Shown one piece after another: positions 37,339 to 46,464 of a DNA stretch of 50,972 nucleotides (within the stretch, counting starts at the first letter, position 1; each line of letters opens with the position of its first letter). Made by a program: the position numbers and the translations under genes. The DNA lies in IMG/VR virus record IMGVR_UViG_3300033076_000745, positions 1-50,972 of that record; one strand, written 5' to 3'. The DNA is from a virus. Lineage: Duplodnaviria; Caudoviricetes. Under the pieces are notes generated by a model, which saw only the letters and a program-made list of their open reading frames with translations, did no database searches and had not been told where the DNA came from.

Positions 37339-37353
37339 CTCATTGATTTTCAA
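37335..37353. repeat. 19-bp repeat copy 1, containing an IHF consensus on the minus strand
   Basis: ATAACTCATTGATTTTCAA; the reverse complement contains AATCAATGAGTTA = WATCAANNNNTTR. Confidence 0.65.
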
Positions 37354-37392
37354 TAAAAGTTAAAAAAATCCGGAAAATAATTGGTGAAAAAG

Positions 37393-37423
37393 TTGCTAGT
37401 CTGCTTTATTCTTCGTAATTTAA
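37393..37423 (+). promoter_or_regulatory. -33/-7 promoter
   Basis: TTG-N20-TAATTTAA; CCGGA 46 nt upstream. Confidence 0.75.
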
Positions 37424-37478
37424 GGTATGTTAGAGAGATAGATACTTTAACGATACTTAAACAATAAAAATAAAGGTT

Positions 37479-37892
37479 ATGAGCAACATCATCAATGTAA
37501 CAGGAGTTAACACAGTAGAATTTATTAAAGGACGTAAAGGTACTTTTAGAGCAGTGGTTAAATGTAAGGCTGGATTCTTTACAGTAGTAGATTTAGAAGG
37601 TCGTCACGAGACTGGTGCTCAAGTATTAAACAGCTTTAAAAAAGGTGCTTTACAGACAGTAGAATTTAAAGCAGAAGGATCTAAGTACTGGGTCACAGTA
37701 TTTGCTTTAAAAGGTAAGAAAGTAGTCTTAATTGATAGCGAGATCTTAGCTGATTTAGAAGTAGGAACTATTAACTGTTACTTCTTAAAGACTAACTTAT
37801 ACAGTCAAGCACAGTATGCAGCTGTTAAAGCAACGACTTGGGCAAGTAAGGCCTTTGTAATGAATGAACCAAAAGAGATTGTACTAGCTTAA
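37479..37892 (+). CDS. Hypothetical protein
   Basis: 137-aa ORF, AAAGGTT-ATG. Confidence 0.6.
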   Translation: MSNIINVTGVNTVEFIKGRKGTFRAVVKCKAGFFTVVDLEGRHETGAQVLNSFKKGALQTVEFKAEGSKYWVTVFALKGKKVVLIDSEILADLEVGTINCYFLKTNLYSQAQYAAVKATTWASKAFVMNEPKEIVLA

Positions 37893-37915
37893 TTAACCAC
37901 TAAATATTTATAGAT

Positions 37916-38098
37916 ATGAAACAGAGAATTTTATACTTTATCGGATCTTTACTTGCCTTTACTTGGGCAGGATTGTTAATTACAGGAAATACTGGTTTAA
38001 AAATTGAACCATTAAATGAAGCATTTTGCTTTTCAATTTCAGGTATGTTAGGCTTTATGATGTTATTCGGAGCTTTAACAAACACTAATAAAAAATAA
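37916..38098 (+). CDS. Small two-TM protein
   Basis: Hydrophobic. Confidence 0.55.
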   Translation: MKQRILYFIGSLLAFTWAGLLITGNTGLKIEPLNEAFCFSISGMLGFMMLFGALTNTNKK

Positions 38099-38099
38099 T

Positions 38100-38267
38100 A
38101 TGGCTAAATTACTAGGGTTATTGATTGGAGCTGCAATCGTTTTTTTATTTGAGTTATGTTTAATAAAATGGGCAGTATCATTATTCTACCCAATAACTTG
38201 GACTCAGGCATTTGGTATCTCGTTGATCTTATCGATCATAGGAGCTGCTTTTAGAAGCAGGAAATAA
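38100..38267 (+). CDS. Small two-TM protein (55 aa)
   Basis: Hand-translated MAKLLGLLIGAAIV...ITWTQAFGI. Confidence 0.55.
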   Translation: MAKLLGLLIGAAIVFLFELCLIKWAVSLFYPITWTQAFGISLILSIIGAAFRSRK

Positions 38268-38274
38268 TAACAAC

Positions 38275-38379
38275 GCTCAGGTAGTGTAACGGCAACATAC
38301 CACCCTCCCAGGTTGAGATAACAGCTAATGGCACTCTGAATGATAAAGGTGATACAGGTTCGACTCCTGTCCTGAAGCA
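38275..38379 (+). ncRNA. tRNA-like element with expanded anticodon/variable region
   Basis: GCTCAGG...CCTGA(A)GC acceptor stem, D arm TA-GTGT-AACGGCA-ACAT, perfect T arm ACAGG-TTCGACT-CCTGT; ~30 extra nt; no encoded CCA. Confidence 0.6.
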
Positions 38380-38395
38380 CAAAAATAAAAAGGTT

Positions 38396-38626
38396 ATGAG
38401 AATTAAAATGGAAAAAAGAAAGGGCGGAATCTACGCTCAATGGTATGTAGTTATTGGAATTAATCCTTCCGGAAGAACGTGTAACTACCTAATCTACTCT
38501 CATCAAGCTAACACTTACGCAAAAGCTGTGCAGTTTTTTAAAGAGGCTTGGGGGAGTAAAGGTCATATCGGATTAGAATTACGAAACGCAGAACCGTTTG
38601 ATAATAGTTTATGTTTAGCTTGTTAA
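38396..38626 (+). CDS. Hypothetical protein
   Basis: AAAGGTT-ATG start. Confidence 0.55.
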   Translation: MRIKMEKRKGGIYAQWYVVIGINPSGRTCNYLIYSHQANTYAKAVQFFKEAWGSKGHIGLELRNAEPFDNSLCLAC

Positions 38627-38636
38627 AGAGAAAGTT

Positions 38637-39305
38637 ATGAGAATCACATTAGAGAAAGATCAGAAGCTTTTCTTTACTTCTGACACGCATTATAATCATA
38701 AGAATATCTGTAGAGGAGTCACCAATTGGAGAACTGCTGATGGTGAAATACCTATCGACCAGACTAGAGACTTTCCAAACTTAGAGAAGATGAATGCTAC
38801 AATTGTTAATAACATTAACGAGGTAGTAGGTCAAGATGATATCTTAATTCACTTAGGTGATTGGTCATTTGGTGGTTTTGAATCAATCAAAGAGTTTAGA
38901 GATAGAATCGTATGTAAGAATATTTACTTAGCATACGGCAACCATGATCACCACATTCAGAATAACAGAGAAGGTATTCAAGGGATTTTTAGAAAGACAT
39001 TCCAGTATGAAGTATTAACTGTTTACAACCATAAAGGAGAAAATAAGATAGAGTTTGTAATAGACCATTACCCTTTATGTAGCTGGCATGATATGAACAG
39101 AGGAAGGTTTCACTTGTTTGGACACGTTCATTTACCTTCAGATAAGAAGCTAATGGGAGGTCGTTCGATGGATGTTGGAATGGATGGAAATAATCTAACA
39201 CCTTACTTAATGGAGGATGTAGTTAGAATGCTTTCCGGAAGACCAGTACAGGCAAATAGACTACCTCAAGACCACCATGAAGAAAGATTAAAAGGAGAGC
39301 AATAA
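38637..39305 (+). CDS. Calcineurin-like metallophosphoesterase
   Basis: SDTH, HLGD, GNHD, HYP, GHVH, DVGMD. Confidence 0.92.
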   Translation: MRITLEKDQKLFFTSDTHYNHKNICRGVTNWRTADGEIPIDQTRDFPNLEKMNATIVNNINEVVGQDDILIHLGDWSFGGFESIKEFRDRIVCKNIYLAYGNHDHHIQNNREGIQGIFRKTFQYEVLTVYNHKGENKIEFVIDHYPLCSWHDMNRGRFHLFGHVHLPSDKKLMGGRSMDVGMDGNNLTPYLMEDVVRMLSGRPVQANRLPQDHHEERLKGEQ

Positions 39306-39775
39306 TGAAAAAGTTAAATATATACTTAGACGATGTACGCACTCCTACAGAAGGAGATTGGGTTGTAGTAAGAAGCTATGATCAGTTTGTGAGTAATGTA
39401 ATGTACATTGGCTTAGAGAACATAGAAGTGATCTCTTTAGACCATGACTTAGGAGATAGTGCTATGTTAGAATACTATAATAATGTTAAAGATAACTACA
39501 AGCTAGATTACAGTAATATTAAAGAGAAGACAGGTTATGACTGCTGTAAGTATTTAGTTAACTTAAGTATGGATTCTGGAATACCTCTACCACAAGTCTA
39601 TGTACATTCGGCTAATCCAATTGGATCAGGTAATATGATGGGGTATATTAATAACTACCTAATGAATAAGAGACTACCACAGACTTGTGTTAGAGTTCAA
39701 ATACCTCATACAATAGAAGAAGAGTTTATTTTATCACCAGAAGCTAGAGAACAAAAATGGAAAAGAAAGAATTAA
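39305..39775 (+). CDS. Cyclic-phosphate-processing receiver-like domain protein
   Basis: YLDDVR, ISLDHDLG, TGYD, VHSANPIG. Confidence 0.8.
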   Translation: MKKLNIYLDDVRTPTEGDWVVVRSYDQFVSNVMYIGLENIEVISLDHDLGDSAMLEYYNNVKDNYKLDYSNIKEKTGYDCCKYLVNLSMDSGIPLPQVYVHSANPIGSGNMMGYINNYLMNKRLPQTCVRVQIPHTIEEEFILSPEAREQKWKRKN

Positions 39776-40173
39776 TATTACTAAGAGGGTTACCTGGAAG
39801 CGGTAAGTCAACATTAGCAAATATGATTACAAACGAATTTTCAGTTTGTGAAGCAGATAAGTTCTTTTATGATAAAGAAGGTAACTATAATTTTGACCCT
39901 AGTAGATTAAAAGCAGCTCATGAATGGTGTAGGTTTCATGTTGAAACTCGAATGAAAGATAATCAAGCTAATCCACAATTTTATCCAACGATTGTAGTAT
40001 CTAATACATTTACTCAAGAATGGGAAATGGATAATTATTTTGAATTAGCTAAGAAGTATGGATATAGAGTTCATACATTAGTAGTAGAGAACAGACACGG
40101 TGGAGTAAACCAACATGGAGTACCAGCTGATAAGTTAGAGCAAATGAAAAATAGATTTGAAATAAAACTATAA
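39757..40173 (+). CDS. P-loop polynucleotide-kinase-like protein (AAA_33)
   Basis: LLRGLPGSGKST, EAD, VVSNTF...WE, HGVP. Confidence 0.85.
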   Translation: MEKKELILLRGLPGSGKSTLANMITNEFSVCEADKFFYDKEGNYNFDPSRLKAAHEWCRFHVETRMKDNQANPQFYPTIVVSNTFTQEWEMDNYFELAKKYGYRVHTLVVENRHGGVNQHGVPADKLEQMKNRFEIKL

Positions 40174-40300
40174 TATGAAAGATAGAAAATGGGATGCTTT
40201 AGTAGACATTATACTAATATGTTCAATAGTATATCTAGCAGTAAATAATAAAGAGGGGTGGGGCTGGTTAATGCTCCTCCTCTTTTTAAAAAACTAAGTT

Positions 40301-40930
40301 ATGATAAACAATATAGATAAAATAAAACCCTTACTTAACTTCGAAAATGAAGGTGATTTTTATATGCTTTATGTATTTAAGCGTAAGAAAGATCAACCAG
40401 AAGGAGAAAGAGATAACCATCAGTCGGTAAGAACAATTAGGTCTTATTGTATTAAGAGCATCGAGCAATTAGAGAAGCGTTATGATGAGATTACCATGAT
40501 GTGTGAAATGTATAAAGCAAGAGCTTATATTCATATTCAAAAACAAAATCATAAAGACGTTGCTCTAGAGATGATGATGGCTTTAGCTCAAAGAATAAAA
40601 GATGGGCAGTTTGAACAACAAAATTTATTTGACTCAGTTGTAGGTCAGTTAAAGACTTACGAAAAGAGATGGATTGTAGATGTTGATACTCATGACTTAC
40701 ACGCCATAGGTAAAATATCTCAGCTTATTACCTTATGTAAACCTGAAGGAAATAAGTTAGAGGCTATGATACCGACACCTAATGGAGTACATTTAATTAC
40801 TAAACGATTCGATGTAATGACGTTTACTAAAATGATGAACCTACAAGGCGATGTTCCGGATATTCAGAAGAAGAATCCTACGTTACTTTATTTTCCGGAA
40901 AGTTTAGAAAAAGTTGTAACCCCGGAGTAA
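40301..40930 (+). CDS. Putative AEP/PrimPol-fold protein
   Basis: RKKD, RAY, WIVDVD (DxD), PTPNGVHLI. Confidence 0.55.
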   Translation: MINNIDKIKPLLNFENEGDFYMLYVFKRKKDQPEGERDNHQSVRTIRSYCIKSIEQLEKRYDEITMMCEMYKARAYIHIQKQNHKDVALEMMMALAQRIKDGQFEQQNLFDSVVGQLKTYEKRWIVDVDTHDLHAIGKISQLITLCKPEGNKLEAMIPTPNGVHLITKRFDVMTFTKMMNLQGDVPDIQKKNPTLLYFPESLEKVVTPE

Positions 40931-40944
40931 TTTTCGTATCTTTA
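40914..40944 (+). promoter_or_regulatory. -33/-7 promoter
   Basis: TTG-N20-TATCTTTA. Confidence 0.7.
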
Positions 40945-40965
40945 GTTATATAAAAAGAAGCAGTT

Positions 40966-41820
40966 ATGATATTAAATTTAGCAGATGCAGGTAAGTCAGA
41001 AGTAGAATATAAAATCTCTACATTTCCTGACGGACAGCAGTCATTAGAAATTATTCTTCCTTTATTTTTTTCAAATAAAATAGTACAGATCAAATCAAGA
41101 CTAAATTCATTTAAGGATTTAGAATTAATTATATGTGCTAATCAAGCCTTGAAAAATCTAGGATGTAAAGAGGTATGGTTATTTGTTCCTTATTTCCTAG
41201 GAGCTAGAAGTGATAGACGATTCACAGATGGAGGTGTTAACTACTTGAAGCAAGTAATCTGCCCTATAATCAATAGCCAGGACTTTAGTAAAGTAGAAGT
41301 ACTAGACCCTCATAGTGACGTATTAGAAGCATGTTTAAATAACTTCGTAAAGAAAGATAATACAGAGTTAGCTAGATTTGCTTTAACTAAGATTGATAAT
41401 AGAGATGGTGCTCAACATAGAACAGCATTTATCTCTCCAGATGCAGGTGCTTTAAAGAAGATATTCGATTTAGCAAAGACCTTTGGAGTAGAGAATGTAA
41501 TAACTGCTTCTAAAGTTAGAGATATTCAAACAGGTAATATTATAAAGACTGAATTACCGGTCATGAATTTAGACGGTATCGAGCAGTTTGTTATTATAGA
41601 TGATATCTGTGACGGTGGTAGAACATTTATTGAATTAGCTAAAGTAATTAAGCAGCAAACAGATAAACCAGTTTACTTAATCGTAACACATGGAGTATTT
41701 AGTGCTGGCTTTAAAGTATTATTTGAATACTTCGAAGGTATCTTCTGTACTAATTCAATCGATAATATAGACTCAACTTCATTTGCTGGGGAGAAAGTAA
41801 AACAACAAAACATATTCTAA
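40966..41820 (+). CDS. Ribose-phosphate pyrophosphokinase-like protein (probable Adps of NARP1)
   Basis: FPDG, PYFLGARSDR, LDPHS, SPDAGA, IIDDICDGGRTF, VTHG. Confidence 0.9.
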   Translation: MILNLADAGKSEVEYKISTFPDGQQSLEIILPLFFSNKIVQIKSRLNSFKDLELIICANQALKNLGCKEVWLFVPYFLGARSDRRFTDGGVNYLKQVICPIINSQDFSKVEVLDPHSDVLEACLNNFVKKDNTELARFALTKIDNRDGAQHRTAFISPDAGALKKIFDLAKTFGVENVITASKVRDIQTGNIIKTELPVMNLDGIEQFVIIDDICDGGRTFIELAKVIKQQTDKPVYLIVTHGVFSAGFKVLFEYFEGIFCTNSIDNIDSTSFAGEKVKQQNIF

Positions 41821-41821
41821 T

Positions 41822-43336
41822 ATGAATCCATTATTATTAACTGACGGTTATAAAACAGGACATCACCAACAGTACCCAGAAGGAACAACGTTGGTATATT
41901 CAAACTTTACTCCTCGTAGTAACAAGTATGCACCTAAAGGATGTGAACAAGTAGTATCATTTGGACAGCAGATGATTATGCGCCGTATTCATGAAGCATT
42001 TCAAAATGAGTTCTTCTCTAAACCTAAAGAAGAAGTTTGCGGAGAGATGAAGAGAGAGTTATCAATGTACTTAAATACCGATTACGATGTAAGCCATTTC
42101 GAAGCATTACACGACTTAGGGTACTTACCTATTGTAGTAAAAGCTATTGAAGAAGGTACATTAGTTCCTATTAAGGTTCCTGTATTAACAGTATATAATA
42201 CTCATCCAGATTTCTACTGGGTAACAAACTATTTAGAGACAATTATCTCTAACTTGTTATGGAAGCCAATGACATCTGCTAGTATTGCTTATACTTATAG
42301 AAAGTTATTAACTAAATGGCAAGAGAAAACTGATGCAGAAAAGAGCTGGTTTGTTGATTGGCAAGCACATGACTTCTCTATGAGAGGAATGGATGCAGTT
42401 GACGCTACAGTTAGTTCTGGATTAGGACATTTAACTTCATTTAGTGGAACAGATTCATTACCTGCTTTAGATGGAGCTAGACGTTACTATGATGAGACAG
42501 GCTTTGTAGGAGGATCAGTTAATGCAACAGAACACTCAGTAATGTGTGCTGGTTCTAAAGAGGATGAAGTTGGTACATTTAGACGTCTATTACAGACATA
42601 TCCAACAGGTATCTTATCTATTGTATCTGATACTTGGGACTTATGGAAGGTATGTACAGAGCATGTAGTTACTTTGAAAGAAGAGATTTTAGCTCGTGAT
42701 GGTAAAGTAGTTATTAGACCTGACTCTGGTGATCCGGTAGATATTATTTGCGGTATCGACGATTATAAGCAAGATGAAGACGGTACTATGTACAAAGCTC
42801 ATTACACAAGTGGAATGTTTAGAGACAGAGGAAGAAAGATTTCATCAGCAGAACAGAAAGGTGTTATTGAGTTACTTTGGGATGTGTTTGGAGGTACAGT
42901 AAATGAACAAGGATATAAGGTATTAGATAGCCATATCGGAGCAATCTATGGTGATTCAATTACATTAGATCGAGCAGAAGAGATCTGTGAAAGGTTAGCT
43001 GAAAAAGGCTTTGCATCTACTAACATAGTATTCGGAGTAGGATCATTTACATACCAGTACAATACTAGAGATACATTTGGCTTTGCAATGAAAGCAACCT
43101 ATGTTGAAGTAGAAGGTAAAGGTAGAGAAATCTTTAAAGATCCAATCACAGATGATGGAACTAAGAAATCAGCAACCGGTTTGTTGTGGGTAGATAAAAA
43201 TACTGACGGCGAGTATATCTTATTCGATAAAGTAACTTGGGAAGGTGAAAATAAAGGCTACTTAAAGACCATTTATAAAGATGGAAAATACTTTAACGAA
43301 ACAACGTTAACTAATATTAGAGAGAAATTAAAATAA
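41822..43336 (+). CDS. Nicotinamide phosphoribosyltransferase-like protein (probable Namat of NARP1)
   Basis: TDGYK.GH..QYP, HDFSMRG, ATEHSVM, SIVSDTWD, IRPDSGDP, IYGDSI, KDPITDDG.KKSA.G. Confidence 0.92.
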   Translation: MNPLLLTDGYKTGHHQQYPEGTTLVYSNFTPRSNKYAPKGCEQVVSFGQQMIMRRIHEAFQNEFFSKPKEEVCGEMKRELSMYLNTDYDVSHFEALHDLGYLPIVVKAIEEGTLVPIKVPVLTVYNTHPDFYWVTNYLETIISNLLWKPMTSASIAYTYRKLLTKWQEKTDAEKSWFVDWQAHDFSMRGMDAVDATVSSGLGHLTSFSGTDSLPALDGARRYYDETGFVGGSVNATEHSVMCAGSKEDEVGTFRRLLQTYPTGILSIVSDTWDLWKVCTEHVVTLKEEILARDGKVVIRPDSGDPVDIICGIDDYKQDEDGTMYKAHYTSGMFRDRGRKISSAEQKGVIELLWDVFGGTVNEQGYKVLDSHIGAIYGDSITLDRAEEICERLAEKGFASTNIVFGVGSFTYQYNTRDTFGFAMKATYVEVEGKGREIFKDPITDDGTKKSATGLLWVDKNTDGEYILFDKVTWEGENKGYLKTIYKDGKYFNETTLTNIREKLK

Positions 43337-44448
43337 TGAAATACGATTTAGACATATTAAAGAAGTATATGGAAGACGGGTTGGTTGTCAAACAAGACCA
43401 CCCTACCCTTCCTTTATCTGTCTACAACTATTCTCGTACTTGTCAGTATGAGAGCAAGTGGGATGAGATTACTTTAGCATGTCGCGGTCTTATCTTAGAT
43501 AATGAAGGTAACGTTGTAGCTAGTTCTTTTGCCAAGTTTTTTAACTACGAAGAAGTAATATGGACTAACCAAATACCGGAGAAAGGAGACTATGTTTATG
43601 TTCAAGAGAAGGTAGATGGTTCTCTAGGTACTTTATTCTACTACAACGATGAATGGCATTTAGCTACTAAAGGATCATTTACTTCAGAACAAGCTGTTAA
43701 GGGAATGGAGATAATCAAATCGAAGTACAACTTAGGAGCGTTTATGACTGATATGGTCTACATATGCGAGATCATCTATCCTGAAAATAGAATCGTAGTA
43801 GATTATAATGGTGAAGAGAAGGTAGTCTTCTTAAGCGTAACATCTCAAGGAGAGGAACTACACTGGACTACTGCTAAAGCAGTCTTTCATGCTTCCGGAA
43901 TATCAGAAGAAGATTTAGTTAAGACTGAGCAGCATTTTGCTTTTGGTCCAGAATTGTATAGGAGTTTGAAAGATAAGAACGAAGCAAACAAGGAAGGTTT
44001 TATCTTAAGATTCCAACCAGGTAATTTTAGGATGAAGATTAAGTTTGAAGACTATGTTCGTTTACATAGAATATTAACTGGATTCTCATCTAAAGACATT
44101 TGGGAGTTGTTAATGAATGGAGAAGATATGGAACCATTCTTAGAAAGAGTACCAGACGAATTTGATAAATGGGTAAGAAGTCAAATATCTAGTTTTCACT
44201 ATGGATTGTATCGAATAAGAGAAGATTGTGGTAAGATACATGACTATTTTAGATATGGAAAGTATAATGATGTAGATCCAGAACCAACTAAGAAGGACTT
44301 TGCATTACATTTAGAAAGATGTGGAACTAATCCTGGTTACCGTTCGGTATGCTTTGCAATATGGGATGGTAAGCCTTATGAACATATAATTTGGAAGTTA
44401 TTGAAACCTAAATATGAAAAACCGTTCTGGAATGAAAGTGAAAGTTAA
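43336..44448 (+). CDS. T4 Rnl1-like RNA ligase
   Basis: CRGLI, KFFN, EKVDGSLG (motif I), ATKGSF, E.IYPENRIVV.Y, EGFI, MKIK. Confidence 0.9.
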   Translation: MKYDLDILKKYMEDGLVVKQDHPTLPLSVYNYSRTCQYESKWDEITLACRGLILDNEGNVVASSFAKFFNYEEVIWTNQIPEKGDYVYVQEKVDGSLGTLFYYNDEWHLATKGSFTSEQAVKGMEIIKSKYNLGAFMTDMVYICEIIYPENRIVVDYNGEEKVVFLSVTSQGEELHWTTAKAVFHASGISEEDLVKTEQHFAFGPELYRSLKDKNEANKEGFILRFQPGNFRMKIKFEDYVRLHRILTGFSSKDIWELLMNGEDMEPFLERVPDEFDKWVRSQISSFHYGLYRIREDCGKIHDYFRYGKYNDVDPEPTKKDFALHLERCGTNPGYRSVCFAIWDGKPYEHIIWKLLKPKYEKPFWNESES

Positions 44449-44737
44449 AAAAATAGTAAAGGAGTATAAAGATGCTACCTATAAAGAGATTTGGGAAGCA
44501 GCTAGAGATAATTTTACCTTTGGCTTTCTTGGCGCAACTTTAGTAGTATTTATAGCAACTAAAACAGACCTAGCAGTGTTAGGAGGTTATATTGCTTACT
44601 ACTACTTTATGGGAAGGATAGTAAATAGGCCGAAATATGTAACAGATTTAGGACAGATGATTATGTTTCCTCTTCCTTCTGCCTTCGGAGCTTTTACCGG
44701 ATATAAGCTTTCTTACTACATTTTAGGGCTTTTATAA
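44432..44737 (+). CDS. Small membrane protein (start probably ATG 44432)
   Basis: Three hydrophobic segments. Confidence 0.55.
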   Translation: MKVKVKKIVKEYKDATYKEIWEAARDNFTFGFLGATLVVFIATKTDLAVLGGYIAYYYFMGRIVNRPKYVTDLGQMIMFPLPSAFGAFTGYKLSYYILGLL

Positions 44738-44777
44738 CTCATTGATTCTCAACATAGTATAACTCATTGATTCTCAA
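44734..44777. repeat. Tandem 19-bp direct repeats (copies 2 and 3) with IHF consensus
   Basis: ATAACTCATTGATTCTCAA at 44734-44752 and 44759-44777. Confidence 0.75.
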
Positions 44778-44819
44778 TCAAGAATCTTTGGGTTTTCTGT
44801 ATTTTTTTATGTAAAATAG

Positions 44820-44850
44820 TTGCTAGCCTGCGTATATCTCCGTATCTTAA
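44820..44850 (+). promoter_or_regulatory. -33/-7 promoter
   Basis: TTG-N20-TATCTTAA. Confidence 0.8.
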
Positions 44851-44873
44851 GGTATAATAAAAAGATAGATATT

Positions 44874-44990
44874 ATGACAGCTTTACAAGAATTATTAATC
44901 GAAATTGCAATTTTTACACCATTTGTAATCGGATTCTTTGTTTATTTAGGCTTAAAAAACCCGGAAAATAAACATGAAAAAAGTTGCTAG
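44874..44990 (+). CDS. Small membrane peptide (38 aa)
   Basis: Hand-translated; lies between two near-identical promoters. Confidence 0.45.
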   Translation: MTALQELLIEIAIFTPFVIGFFVYLGLKNPENKHEKSC

Positions 44991-45014
44991 TCTGCGTACT
45001 ATTTCGTATCTTAA
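44984..45014 (+). promoter_or_regulatory. -33/-7 promoter
   Basis: TTG-N20-TATCTTAA; CCGGA 46 nt upstream. Confidence 0.8.
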
Positions 45015-45047
45015 GGTATATTAGAAAAACATATAAAAACAACGGTT

Positions 45048-45848
45048 ATGAGAAATTTAGACATCATCAATTCAGAAATTGTTTCTTTAGAAGCTCAGTT
45101 AGAAACAGCTAAAACTGCTCTTTATGCAGTACAAGACAATCACAATACTCTAATCAGAGAGATCTGGACTAGCATGTTAGGTAGTATCTTACAAGAAGAA
45201 GATATCGTATCTAATAGCTACGATAGCGGAATCAGAGTAACTCGAATCCAAGTTAGAACTGATAGATCTGGAAAAGAGTATAACTACAACCAAGAGATTT
45301 ATTCTATCTCTAGATCATCTTACGGAAGTAAAGAAGGTATGCCTTTCCAGTTAAGCACTTACTCTACTACAGTAGATAATGACTTCGAATTCGATCGTTT
45401 GATCAGCGTAGGTAAGGTTGCAGCGTTTATTAAGAATAACCAAGCTCCTTTATTGGAAGCATTCAGAATCGCTTCACCTTGGAACTCTGCAGAGCAGAAA
45501 GAAGTCTACAGATTAGGTAACGAGTTAGGTATTTTACGTAATGAGAAATCTCAGATCGAAAACGATACCCGTTTAGCTAAGCTTGAAACTGAAGGTCTTG
45601 AGTTTACTGCCGATAAGTACAGTAACTTACCTAGTTTAGATGTACGCTTTGACTGGACGGTTAGAAATATCTTCAAAATTAAAGTTGTTAAGAAGACTGC
45701 CTCTGGTAAATCAGCTGACTTAGAGATCGTTACTCGTCATAAGACTTGGGAAGGCGATATCGTAGATAATACTACGACAGTACAGAAAGTTAGAATGGAT
45801 AAAGTAGAAAGCTTACTTTCTTACTACAGAGAATCAATCGTTGCTTAA
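45048..45848 (+). CDS. Hypothetical protein with N-terminal coiled coil
   Basis: 266-aa ORF following a promoter. Confidence 0.65.
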   Translation: MRNLDIINSEIVSLEAQLETAKTALYAVQDNHNTLIREIWTSMLGSILQEEDIVSNSYDSGIRVTRIQVRTDRSGKEYNYNQEIYSISRSSYGSKEGMPFQLSTYSTTVDNDFEFDRLISVGKVAAFIKNNQAPLLEAFRIASPWNSAEQKEVYRLGNELGILRNEKSQIENDTRLAKLETEGLEFTADKYSNLPSLDVRFDWTVRNIFKIKVVKKTASGKSADLEIVTRHKTWEGDIVDNTTTVQKVRMDKVESLLSYYRESIVA

Positions 45849-45878
45849 TTAAATTATAAAAATATAAAATAAAAGGTT

Positions 45879-46097
45879 ATGAAAAGTTACACAAAGTTTA
45901 AAATTGAAAAAGAAGTAAAGTGGGATGCTAATAGCATGACTATGGAAACTAAATACTTCGTCTGGGCAGGAAATAATTGTCTTGCATTAAAGCGTACAGA
46001 AGAAGAAGCTTTAGAAGCTTATGAAGCTATTAAGCAAAGCTACGTTCAAGGAGGTACCTTTATCATTAAGGAAGAGGAGGTAGAGTATGAGTCATAA
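45879..46097 (+). CDS. Hypothetical protein
   Basis: AAAGGTT-ATG start. Confidence 0.55.
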   Translation: MKSYTKFKIEKEVKWDANSMTMETKYFVWAGNNCLALKRTEEEALEAYEAIKQSYVQGGTFIIKEEEVEYES

Positions 46098-46209
46098 TGC
46101 AAACCAAGTATTCTTAGAACATTATTACGAAGTTGGCCTAGCAATGGGCTTATCAGAAGATGAAGCAATTGAATATGCAAAAGAAAAATTCGACGACTGT
46201 AGTAAATGA
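46087..46209 (+). CDS. Small hypothetical protein (40 aa)
   Basis: Hand-translated MSHNANQVFLEHYYE... Confidence 0.4.
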   Translation: MSHNANQVFLEHYYEVGLAMGLSEDEAIEYAKEKFDDCSK

Positions 46210-46459
46210 TCCTAGAAAGTTTCAACATGAGTATAAAGACTCGGATGGAACAATCTCAATCTGGAAGTATAACTTAGATAAGTTTGCTAGAGGCCCAATA
46301 GAGGTAGAGGTAATTTACCCTAAAGACTATTTAACTCCAGAACAAGAGCTTAAGAAAGCTAATAAGAAGCTTCCTAAGTCTAAGCAACAATTCTTAAATC
46401 CTGCCAACGGAAAAATGATTGGCTATTATAGAGCTAAGACTCTAGGACTAGTAAAATAA
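46160..46459 (+). CDS. Hypothetical protein (start uncertain, possibly 46175)
   Basis: WKYNLDKF..GPIEVE motif. Confidence 0.55.
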   Translation: MKQLNMQKKNSTTVVNDPRKFQHEYKDSDGTISIWKYNLDKFARGPIEVEVIYPKDYLTPEQELKKANKKLPKSKQQFLNPANGKMIGYYRAKTLGLVK

Positions 46460-46464
46460 CTTAT

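Noticed and set aside
38275-38379. Calling the tRNA-like element a functional tRNA-Gly(CCC) or tmRNA
   Set aside because: No proper 5-bp stem closes the CTCCCAG loop, and the element is far too short for tmRNA.
44734-44777. Tandem repeats as a mini CRISPR array
   Set aside because: Only 19-bp units with a 6-nt gap, far too short for a spacer.
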